Source: Octopus vulgaris
Taxonomy: Eukaryota
Assembly (NCBI GenBank): GCA_951406725.2
Contig: OX597836.1
Span: 3,038,001-3,102,000, forward strand
Direction of reading: 5' to 3'
DNA: 64,000 nucleotides
A program made the translations under genes and the position numbers. The notes under the pieces are model-generated. The model did not search any database and was not told the origin of the DNA. It saw only the letters and a program-made list of their open reading frames with translations. Shown one piece after another: positions 1 to 11,525 of the stretch. Positions within the stretch are counted from its first letter, which is position 1, and the number at the start of each line of letters is the position of its first letter.

Positions 1-604
1 AAACACAAATAATCTCATTAACCAAAAACGTTGCAATCTATATTCCATGTGGTTTCAACACCTTGCATGATCTTACACGCACACATGTATATATTTACGT
101 CCACACCTATCGTCATAGACATTCACACACGTACAGTGCAAATATACAGCCAAATGCAGAAAACAGAAATGTTCGCGTGTTTCAACGCAAACTTATGCCC
201 GCTTCTTTCGTAGACCCGCAGACACGGGCAAGGTGAAATGAAGAGCGAATCACGATGAATCACGAAAGGAAAATTTTGAAAAAAAAGATAATAAACGAAT
301 GATTAAGTTATATTAAAGCAATGAATTAAGTTAGACGAGTGATGAATAAATAAATAAACGGAGTGAGATAAATAACATACGTTACTTCAAATGATGATAA
401 ATGGCTGAAAGTGGTCAATGATGAAAGGTGATGGAGAATAATAAAGATAGTGAAATAAATTATGTGATTCGACTTCAAAAGAAATTGGCTTTGGCAAGAA
501 GAGAAGAGGGAAGAGAAGAGAAGGAACGAAGGGGATGGGGAGTTTGGGAGATTCAACCGGAAGTAGGAAAGGCCCTTCAGTAAGGAATTTTACCCAATAC
601 ACGC

Positions 605-650
<46 letters not shown>

Positions 651-1005
651 TACACATACGCACAGACATATATACGTACACATATAAGAAGGTTTCAATG
701 CATACGCGTGTATATGTGTATATATATATATATGTGCGTGTGTTTTTGTGTCTGTGTGTATATATGTATATTAATATACAATGCTAAGTATCTACCTATA
801 GATTTACCTATTTATCTGTCTTTCTATCAATTTATATACACGCACATACACACACACACATATATATAGTTAAATATATATATACGTATATGAATATATG
901 GATATATACATATACAGATATATATATATATATATTAATTTATATATATATATATATATACACATATTTATATCGACGTATATAAACACATATATATGTA
1001 TATAC

Positions 1006-1041
<36 letters not shown>

Positions 1042-1179
1042 AGAACATATACACACACACATATATAATTAAATATATATTTATAGTATACATATTTATT
1101 TAATTATATATGTAAATATTATATACATACATATATGCAAATATATATATTTACATACATATATGTATATATATATTTA

Positions 1180-1221
<42 letters not shown>

Positions 1222-1506
1222 TATATATATGTATGTATGTATAATTTCGTGTATGACGTACGGTGTTGTGTTTCATTTCTAACTGAATCATTTCACAATA
1301 AGCTCTACACATATTCAATTAGAGCCCAAACAAATTTAATTCTATCAACTGGTCACCAAATATAGAACATAATACACTTCAATCGTGTGTTGCCTACTTT
1401 ATTTCTTATCTAAAAACCGCTTTCTCGCGAACTAACGAAAAAAATGTATATACATGGCGATTCTTATACGATTGCGTCCGTGTGAAACTACATGCCCACG
1501 CATATA

Positions 1507-1585
<79 letters not shown>

Positions 1586-1692
1586 TGAGAGAAATAGACA
1601 GATATATAGCCAGATGGATATGTATACATATATATATATATATGTATGTATATATATATATATTTATATATATATGTATGGTTATCTATCTA

Positions 1693-1734
<42 letters not shown>

Positions 1735-2223
1735 CATGTGTGTGTGTGTGAATATATATATACTGGAAAATGTATGAGATCCTTGGTACCGTTAGGTATA
1801 TTTGATAATTCAAATCATTCTTTTTCCATTTTCAAGTATGTATATATATATATGTGTGTGTGTGTAGCGAGGTAGAGAGGTAGAGAGGGAGAGAGAAAAA
1901 GAGAGCAAAATGTTATCTGATGCACTGACAAAAGAACTGCTGTGAACCTTACCTTAGTATATACCTGAGGATATAGGTTCATATCTGAATAAACTAAACA
2001 TCGATGTTGAAATGCATTACTTAGAGTAGGATGGAGAAGACATTTCCAATGAATTTCGCTGAATTAGCCAAACGGAAAAACTAAATTAACCATTGATATC
2101 TCTAAGAATGCATCCAAATAAAATACACGGCCATATATTACGTAGGTTTAATGAACAGGAATGCCGTGTAAACGCATTCAAATGTCAAACCTTCTCTACA
2201 CAGTACGCCGTCATCGTCGCTAT

Positions 2224-2465
2224 TTCTTCTTCTTCTTCTTCTTCTTCTTCTTCTTCTTCTTCTTCTTCTTCTTCTTCTTCTTCTTCTTCTTCTTCTTCCA
2301 TCATCATCATCATCACCATCAATGATTTTTTTCTTCCGCGTCTTCGTATTATCGTTAGTAGTAGTATTAGTATTATCGTTAGTATTAGTATTAGTAGTAG
2401 TAGTAGTAGTGGTGGTGTTAGTCATGGTGGGGGTGGTGTTCATGGTGGTGGTCGTGGGGGTGGTG
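2224..2465. repeat. Compound trinucleotide microsatellite (TTC)n(ATC)n(TAG)n(GGT)n
   Basis: Directly visible. Confidence 0.95.
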
Positions 2466-3003
2466 TGTGTGTGTGTATTTATACGTATTTACTCCAGTTT
2501 CAGCTTAGAGCTGCGGCCATGCTGATGCACCGCCGTTAAAATATATTCTTTTCAGAAGTTGGATATATATGTATATGTATGTATATGTATGTGTGTGTAT
2601 GTATCTGTGTGTGCGTTTAAATAGGGCATCCTACTTTTTAGCTGCCCATAACAAGAAAGACAAAGGTAACTATTAGTTTTTTGAAAAATGTATCACAATG
2701 ACTATTTTACTCACATCGAAAGAAAACTTTAAATTCACAGCAAGTACTTCACTTCGACTCATAGTCCGTATCTCCTTTTTTTAAATTTTTTTATTTTTGT
2801 TGGTTTTTTTTTTTTTGTTTTATTGACAATGAGAAACCCTTCGATATTACGCAAGTTGTCTCCAAAGTGTAAATGTTCTATGGCGCAGATACGCGAAAGT
2901 CTAGAAACCGCGAGAATCAGGTGTTCAGAGAGGAGGGGGAGGAGGGGGAACTTCAGTGTCATGACTCCCAGATGTCCACCTGCTGTCCGTTTTAGTACGC
3001 CTA

Positions 3004-3115
3004 AAATGGATTATGTCGATTATATCGACCCCAGTGCGTAACTGGTACTTAATTTATAGACCCCGAAAAGATGAAAGGCAAAGTCGACCTCGGCGGAATT
3101 TGAACTCAGAACGTA
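3004..3115 (-). mobile_element. SINE family A fragment (B-box plus central domain)
   Basis: Reverse complement of GTTCTGAGTTCAAATTCCGCCGAGGTCGACTTTGCCTTTCATC...AAGTACCAGTTACGCACTGGGGTCGAT, same as the copies at 13.5 and 44 kb. Confidence 0.85.
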
Positions 3116-3561
3116 CGTATAAGAGATATTTGAGAACATCTTGTATTATGGATGTGAATCTGAATACATAATACATTTGAGACAAGATTGCATACAGTAT
3201 GACTTTTAAAACGGAAAAATTATTGCGCTATCTCTCTCTCTAGACAATTTTATTATTTAACTATAGTGCAAAAATGCAGTTACAGAGACTAGAAATAAAA
3301 GAAACTAAAGCGGGAAAGGGAAAAGGAAAAGAAAAGGATAATAGTTCTACTTCTTGACACCGAGCAGCTGGACTGGGCAAGTTATTAATAATTCTTTCTG
3401 TAAAACCGGAGGGAAGAGATTCTAAGAGCAAGAGGTGTTCTTTCGCATTTAGACAGTTAATAATTTTATTTCTCAACATCAGCCAAACGGAAAAGTAAAA
3501 CTTTTAGGAACTTCTAAATGCATTGGCTGGTTTGGTGTAGTTTGTTCTGGTGGCATAACGT

Positions 3562-3768
3562 TCAAGTTATTAAAAGTACTCTACGTATGATGTGTGCGGT
3601 GCCAAGCTGTGCTGTTTTCTCTATGATTTTGCTATGTGCTTGTCCCTATGCTTTCTCCTTGTTCCTATCTAAACCTTCTATTATCAAAGACATTGCCTCA
3701 GGCTTCTCATTCCGGTTATTTGCAATCAGAAATCCTTATATTTCCAGAGACCTTGTTTTTCAAGAGAT
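3562..3768 (-). pseudogene. 3' ORF end of an RLE-type non-LTR retrotransposon (R4/Dong/NeSL-like), decayed
   Basis: Minus strand reads ...KYKDF*LQITGM... and ...IIEKTAQLGTAHIIRRVLLIT*, matching the C-terminal KYKDLEIEI.RMW / IQK.ALLGTAHILRRVL motifs of R4-clade elements. Confidence 0.75.
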
Positions 3769-3774
3769 ACATAC

Positions 3775-3853
3775 ATGCAGCCGTGGCTGCGGGGTAAAAG
3801 CCCTACTTAACAATCACAACATTCCGAGTTCAGTCCCATTACAAATGTCTTCT
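3775..3853 (+). mobile_element. SINE family C head fragment, degenerate
   Basis: GCAGCCGTGGCTGCGGGGTAA...GAGTTCAGTCCCA resembles the family C tRNA-like head. Confidence 0.5.
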
Positions 3854-3857
3854 AACC

Positions 3858-3942
3858 TAGTAGTAGTTATAGAAGTAGTAGTAGTAGTAGTAGTAGTTGC
3901 AGCAGCAGCAGTGGTAGTAGTAGTAGTAATAGTAGTAGTAAC

Positions 3943-3991
<49 letters not shown>

Positions 3992-3993
3992 AC

Positions 3994-4038
<45 letters not shown>
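3858..4038. repeat. (GTA)n microsatellite immediately inside the intron after the candidate exon
   Basis: Directly visible. Confidence 0.95.
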
Positions 4039-4057
4039 TCATTCAAAAGATCTTTAC

Positions 4058-4314
4058 CTTGCACCAGTTGCCCCACATCTGTCTGAAGCCGCGGAAGCAG
4101 CAGCGTCTCGACCCTCACCGATGTAAGCCATAAGAGTAATAACAATAATAATCAAATTCCAAGAAGATTCAATGAAAAGAGTCTGTCGTCCATGGCATTG
4201 CACTATCTTCTCAAGAATGTATAAGCGATTGCTATATTTACGCAACGAAATGATCTTAACTGCAACAAAATGTTCGAGATCGTCTTTCGGTTTTGGTAAA
4301 TTATACGTTTCCAT
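4058..4314 (-). CDS. Candidate first coding exon of a host gene encoding a secreted or membrane protein (gene continues leftwards)
   Basis: Non-repetitive ORF METYNLPKPK...SWNLIIIVITLMAYIGEGRDAAASAASDRCGATGA. ATG at 4314 is in good context (GACATGG). A hydrophobic segment is followed by small residues. The frame ends exactly at a donor-like AAG|GTAAAG (phase 2). (GA)n lies upstream in the putative 5'UTR. Protein family not recognised. Confidence 0.55.
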
Positions 4315-4390
4315 GTCGAGTTGTTCAAGGAGATTATTTTCAGCTGTGTGTCTGACTCTGTCGTACACTCTTTCACTCTCCAATTCTCTC

Positions 4391-4437
<47 letters not shown>

Positions 4438-4665
4438 TTCTCTCTCTCTCTCAGTTCTAAAAAAATATGCATAACGTTTTAAAGAAGCTTCTCATTTGCC
4501 TGTGGATATATTTAATGTTATTCAAATGTTCACAATTTCCAGTACATGGACATTTGCTGCATACAAGTAACGACAATCTAATACACACACGCACACACAC
4601 ACACACACCTACATTTAAGTAGTTCTATATGCGTATTTATACTTGTACGCCGCATAAAATTACAA

Positions 4666-4715
<50 letters not shown>

Positions 4716-5055
4716 TAATAATATACATGAAAATATTATATAAATATATAAATATATATATTTATATATATGTATATATCATTATACATATGTACGTATA
4801 TACATATGTATGTATATATATATATGCGTGTGAGTGTAAGAATACATATAGGTTCGTATATATAAGTATCTAAATGTGAGTTATTGTATATGTGTGTGCA
4901 AGTGTGTATGTGTGTTTGTGTGTGTGTGTACTTGTGAGCGCAAGAACTACTGTGGACGTGCATTGTTCACTTTTCAAGAATAAATATCGATTAAAAATCC
5001 ATCTTTCATAATTTAAAAAATTTATGTTCAGTACTAAAAATATTTCTGCACCGTG

Positions 5056-5110
<55 letters not shown>

Positions 5111-5136
5111 GTATATATATATATGTATACATATAC

Positions 5137-5169
<33 letters not shown>

Positions 5170-6889
5170 CATATATATATGTATACGTATATATACTTAT
5201 ATATATGTATACATATACACACACATATATATATATATACATATACACATATATATACACATATACACATGTATATATATATACATCATGTATATATATG
5301 TATATATCATATATATGCATATATACATATTTATATATATGTGTGTATATATAAATATATGGTGTAAGATTTATTTTCATCTGACCAATCCTGGAGACGT
5401 AGGCCGGTTGAATATTTGAATATTTTTGTGAACTTCATCAGCCAAGGTTATGATGTAACTTCGAGCCCCCAGAAACAGCTGTCGGGTTTGTAACGCCACA
5501 CCTACTCCCCTTGAAAATGATCAGTTATGAAACAGATCCGAATGTTGAATTTTACCGGAATGACTCTTAACATAGTTAAAATTTCTTCATATCATAAGTA
5601 TTATACTTCTGGCGAATGTTCCAGTGCCAAAATATTCAAAGACGTCTTTATGTAAAACAATTCCTCGACTTTGGCAGTGAATTTGCCACAACTGGTGCCA
5701 TTTGACTGCATGAGGAGAGTCGGTTTGTCCGTACACACAAATTTTTATAGATATGCATAAACTCACACACACTGATATCTATATATAATCTCACATTCGC
5801 GTATGTATACATACATATTGGTATGTGTGATTGCGTGTGTGATGTTTGGATGTATATACGCATACTGAATACCACGTGAGGGAGATAGAGAGAGGAGGTG
5901 AGAGAATGGTTGTGAGAGAGAGAGGGGAGGTGAGAGAGAGAGGCAGAGGTGAGAAAGAGAGAGACAAGTGATCAAAGTAGATACCTGGTGTGAATAATTG
6001 TCTTGTGGGTAGTGATGTGAAATGCTGTGTGTGTGTGTATATGTGCGTGTGTGTGTGTGCGTGCGTGTGTGGTGTGTGGTGTGTACGTCTGGGTGTTTGT
6101 TGGTGCGTTTGTACGTGCGATGTGGTTCCTTGGACGCCGAGCGACTTATATTTATTAACAAATTGATTAACTCAGTATATACTGATATGCGTATGTTTGT
6201 ATATATATATATATATATGTTTGCATAATATATGTGTTTGTGTGTTTGTATGTGCGGGAGGGATGGCGTTAGTGTATGTGTGTGTGTGCGTGTGTAAATT
6301 GCTTAATTGATTTTCAGTGTGAAAAACATAATTAATTATTCAACAGGTGTCTAGAAATAGTAGTTTAGGTTGTCACTTTAATTTAGAAAGTCTTGTCACT
6401 GTTATTGCTATTATTTTCTACTGAAGTGGCTTTTTAAATATTTATGGATTCCATTAGTATTCCAGCAGAATTATCACACAATAATCCTAAATAGATTTCG
6501 GTCTGTCTGCTTTAGTCTTCTTGTCACTGTTGTTGTTGTTGTTGCTATTTTTACTACTCTTATTTAGGCCTTCTGATCATCCCTCGTCGAGCGAATCTAC
6601 CACCAAACACTTTACCGCTTCGCCCTCAGCCGAGTCTGTGGGACGTCATTAGCTAGCGTTCGTTTATGCCGTTGTTTAAAAAACTATTAAAGGCGTTCCA
6701 TCCATGCCTTTTCCAGTTACGTTTTAGAATATCTAGAATTATATTGTTCAACGTTTGGAAACCGCAGGCTCAATCGTTTTGAAATACCTTATTAAATGCT
6801 CAACCCTAGTCAGAGTTCCGAATAAAAATCATTGGACAAACATGATCAACCACCACAAGGCCCAGTTCTTGTTACTGTGTTCATGGTTG

Positions 6890-7220
6890 TATACAGCAAT
6901 GGGCCAGGGAACTATACCGGCGGAAGGCAAGCTCTTGTTACGGCCTTCCGTGCTGGGCTAGTTGAAATAAGTAGGTCATACCTTGGCCAGCAATATTAAC
7001 TAGTCAGTACTGGATCCACAAAAACATAAATGGCAAGTCAAAAGCAACCAGACCCGAGAAAGGGTTCAGAAAAGGAGACATCCCAGAGTCGACAGCAGTG
7101 AAGAAAAGTGTTGTGAGAGGATTCCGATCACCTTTCAAGTGTCTACAAGTTGACTGACTCATCGTTATAAAGTAAAGAACTGTGAGCGATTAGCAGTTCG
7201 GGTTGGTAGAGTAAATACTT
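6890..7220 (+). mobile_element. Possible 5' region of an RTE-like LINE, highly decayed
   Basis: GC-richer unique block ending in RLAVRVGRVNT, weakly resembling the APE N-terminal LRVGTLNV motif. Weak evidence. Confidence 0.25.
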
Positions 7221-7664
7221 TCTTCCCCGCTGCTTCGTTATATTATATATCCAATATACGAGGATATTAAAAAAGAGTCGTCAATGGCCTAGGATCCAGA
7301 TAGAGCAGGGGATTTTGTGTCAGTAAGTATGATTAAAACCCTTTCATAGGTGACCATTCCAGTTTTAAGAATATTATGGACATCATGACACAACATATGC
7401 ATTCTTAATATCATTGTTAATGTTGTAGAGGTGTGGTTGATCTTTAGCCAAATGCTGACGTCTCTACGGCATAACTTTGCGCAGAAGAATTCCTATCAGG
7501 TCAATCATGTCTTTTAAATCACTGACACCACGTGATCGAAACTCTTTTCTTTTGTTGTTGTCCGTTTTGCACATTTTATATTCTTTATGTTAGATCCTCC
7601 TTATTAATTGTGCGTCACATTCATCGCTATGCTGTTCGACATTTATGTTTTTTTTTTATTTATT

Positions 7665-7870
7665 CGTTAACTCATTTACCGGTTTCAGGTCTTTACACTG
7701 CGGCCATGCTGGAGCACCGCCTTGAAGAATTTTGGTAAAAGGATTCAACCTCAGTACTTACTTTTTAAACCTGATATTTATTCTATCGGTCTCTTTGCAA
7801 AACCACTAAGTTTTGTTTTGTTTTTTAATGTAGACATACCAATACCACAAAACACAAAAACACACACACT

Positions 7871-7924
<54 letters not shown>

Positions 7925-7929
7925 TATAT
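7665..7929 (-). mobile_element. SINE family C, 3' half up to its internal (CA)/(TA) microsatellite
   Basis: CTGCGGCCATGCTGGAGCACCGCCTT...TATTCTATCGGTCTCTTTGC match the family C tail seen at 22.8, 23.3 and 40.5 kb. Confidence 0.75.
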
Positions 7930-8626
7930 ACGAGGGGATGCTTCGCATTACAACAGGGAGAGAAAAAAAGCGTTCATAAAATTGGTTACGCTGTTTCTGC
8001 ACGCCCGAACAGATGAGGACGGGAGCCGAAGCAAGCAGAAGTGAAAACGAAGAGATGTAAGTGGCATTTGGTCACGTATTCCAAAAGTAAAGAAATAGAG
8101 AAAACGATTGTAAAATATAAATCGGTAATAAGAGTAAAGGTGCCGCCAGGAAAATACCCGGAACACACTAAAGGAATAGTCATAGATAAAGGGAGATTTT
8201 TTAAACTAAGAGAGATGTACGGACTTTTCATAGACCCTCTGGGGGTTGAAGTCGAGTTTGACGGGCTCCCACCGTTAGTGGAATTGGAAAATTTGAAACC
8301 CTTTATGAACATTTAAAAATAAGTAAGTAAAATTTGTACTTCATAAAAAAAAGAGGAAAATAGACTGTTAAAATGTATAAAGAAAAAAGAAAAAAAACTA
8401 TACAAAAAAAACAAATTAAATAAGAAAAGATGAAAAAACACTGTAAGAACGTTTAATTGTAAAAAAGCAATCGCGGTTTCGTCTCGGGGCGGGACCGAGA
8501 AAACCGTCTCGTATTCATTATAATTCAATTCATTGTAATTCATTCTTTCATATGTTTGTTTTTGTTCCCGCATGTTTGTGTATGTCCTCTCTGTATTCAG
8601 TCCTTGTGTCTGTAATAAAGAGAAAG
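7930..8626 (+). mobile_element. 5'-truncated ORF-bearing retroelement-like insertion (ORF 8041-8316, 3'UTR hairpin, AATAAA tail)
   Basis: Coding-like ORF ...KYKSVIRVKVPPGKYPEHTKG...EVEFDGLPPLVELENLKPFMNI*, A-rich 3'UTR, stem-loop at 8474-8506, and end TGTCCTCTCTGTATTCAGTCCTTGTGTCTGTAATAAAGAGAAAG. Sits inside a split SINE. Confidence 0.55.
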
Positions 8627-8879
8627 CTGATGATTAACAGATGACGAGGATGGGTTACTACTCAGACACCCAGGTCTGTGTGTATCAAGTAAGGCTGGAG
8701 ATGAGAACGATGATTTCTCCTCCCAAATACTAATCGCACGCAGACGGTCTGCTGTTAGCCAACTGGAGAAGATGTCCTCTTGGGTCTAAAAATAACAGTT
8801 GCATCCTCCTCTTTGGGATTGCCATATTTACGATTTAGCGCTGTTACTACTTCTCTCTCAGGGATGATTTAATATTGCC

Positions 8880-9063
8880 AATATATATATATATATATAA
8901 GATAGGCTACTTTCAGTTTCTGTCTACTATATCCACTTGCAAGCCTTTGGTATGCCTGAGGCTCTTGAAGAAGGCAGTTGCCCATGTCGCCTCTCAGTGG
9001 AACTGAACCCCGAACCATGTGATTGGGAAGAAATGTTTTTACCACACCGCCACGCCCTCGCCA
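8880..9063 (-). mobile_element. SINE family C, 5' half (continuation of 7665-7929)
   Basis: TTTCAGTTTCTGTCTAC...CAGTGGAACTGAACCCCGAACCATGTGATTGG...TTACCACACCGCCACGCC is the reverse complement of the family C head and body. Confidence 0.75.
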
Positions 9064-9322
9064 GTGTTTAACATTTCCAGTTACATCATTCGTTGCTTCA
9101 GCTATTTTAGTTGCTTTTTAACTCTCAGTTTTATTGATCAGAACCAATCATTCGGTATGAACATAAATTTATCAATAATCTCAATACAGAATATATCAGT
9201 CTTCATGCTGGCCTAACACTTCTATAAATATAAACCGCTGCCCGCATTGTAAGTTATTCGTGCTGCAGCAGGTAATGTATGTGTTTGAGAGATGTGTCAA
9301 ACGGAGTAAATCTTATTTCTAA

Positions 9323-9719
9323 CTAGCAGTATCGCCCGGCGTGGCTCGGGTTTGTAAGGGAAATAACTATAAAGCATTTTTAGAGAGTTATAGCCAAAAA
9401 TTAGCAAAAAATACATTAAAATGGAAAAGAAATGATGGTAATTTTTTTTTTTTAAATCGTTGACTCATCGTAGACATTTTTAGAGTGTTACTTCCCTTAT
9501 ATAATAGCGAAAAAATGCATTAAAATGGAAAAAAATGATGGTAAAATATTTTTAAAATCGTAGACTCATCGTAGACGCGCGCTAATACCCAGAAGGGCGC
9601 GATATGAATCACGACTATAAGATACCCGGTTTTGGTTAAACTGCACCGCAAAATGTGGGAATAGTTAGGAATCTGAATCGTAGGAGACAGACACACAACC
9701 TTACTTTTATATATAAAGA
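9323..9719 (-). mobile_element. Complete non-autonomous Helitron
   Basis: Minus strand starts a|TCTTTATATATAAAAG and ends with hairpin CCCGAGCCACGCCGGG then CGATACTG-CTAG|t. Inserted in an A|T dinucleotide with no TSD. Contains an internal ~100-bp duplication. Confidence 0.85.
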
Positions 9720-9825
9720 TATTTCTTATAGAGGTTACATGCATAATCATATACATATCATATTAACTAGAGACTTCGGCGATCTGACATATTCGTTATA
9801 AGAAGTGAGAGAATGCGCAGAGTTC

Positions 9826-10358
<533 letters not shown>

Positions 10359-10409
10359 CGAATACATATGAATGCCATCAAAGATCATTTAACAGAACTT
10401 TGCCTAAAG

Positions 10410-11525
10410 CGTTAAATGCCGCCTGATTAACCGAGCCAAATCCGAGTTCGGTCTGGCGAGAAGCGTATAATTGAGAAAAACCAATAACAACATGCAGAGA
10501 ACCGCTGACCTTTCTCTGTGTCTTGGCACCAACGAGGTGACTGCTTGGTTTAACAACAAGGGAAGAGGTAGAGTAAGATTAGCCCAGTTTGACATTTGTT
10601 CCCGTCTATATCTAAAGAATTTCTGGTCAAGGCTCTTCCCCTCTTACCCTCGCAACGTGTAGGAGTGACAGGGATAGATGTGTCATTTTGCACGCCAGGA
10701 ATATAGTCCCGTTCAATAAAATTTCGACCTGGGTCAAGCAATCCGATCCCTTGCTCTCTTTTGATGTAGCAATGGGGGATTACGACAGCGCTGACCTATG
10801 CAACCTCATCGGGTTATATATCCTTGAAATCCTTAAGAAAGAGTTCCCCTCTGGTTTCTTTGGTCTCTACAGAGATGGCGCCCCGGCAATCTCTTGAGGC
10901 GCAAACGATCACAAACTAGAAAAGCTTAGGAAAGATCTATTTAGCACACTTGCCTCCATGGGATTAAAAAGCACCATTGAAGCCAACCTCACCACTGCGA
11001 AATTCTTAGACGTCACGTTCAGCTTGGGCTCCGGTAATTGCCGGCCCCACCGCAAGTCAAGTGGGAAGTTAACGTACATCAACACAGCTTCTTGTCAGCA
11101 ACCCATGGTGTTCCAAACCTGGTGAAGGATGTTAATAAGAGGATCACGAAACTTCCCTCAAGCCAAGAGATTTGTGATGCAACAGCCCCCTACTATAACG
11201 AGGCCATAGCTTCTAGCCGTTTTAGAGACCGTATCTCCTATATGCCGGACCCCAACATCCGTAGAAGGAAGCGCCACAGAAATATCTTTTGGTTGCATCC
11301 TGCACCTCTTCTCTCAACGTAAAAATGTCTGTAGTTAGGACATTCCGTAGGTTCATAGATAAACAGTTCACTTGTTCACGGAGGCGTTTTCATCAGGCAC
11401 AATCTTAGGGTCCCTTTTTGCTGTGACCCAATATTAAGAGCATTCTCGTTAGCACCACTAGACCAGAGCGGAGGGATGTTCATGCCGAGATCGCAACAGA
11501 TGCCAAGTGAGGGGCCACTGCAGCA
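10410..11525 (+). pseudogene. Penelope-like element reverse transcriptase, frameshifted and decayed
   Basis: Collinear motifs across frames: INRAKSEFG, AWFNN...QFDI, FDVAMGDYDSADLCNLIGLYIL, GLYRDG (decayed YRDD), ANLTTAKFLDVTFSL, APYYNEAIASS, RKRHRNIFWLHP, C.CRDRNRC. Together these give the PLE RT core, thumb and Cys-linker. Confidence 0.9.

Noticed and set aside
3518-4126. 202-aa plus-strand ORF
   Set aside because: It is the antisense of a LINE fragment plus a SINE head plus (GTA)n plus the antisense of the candidate exon.
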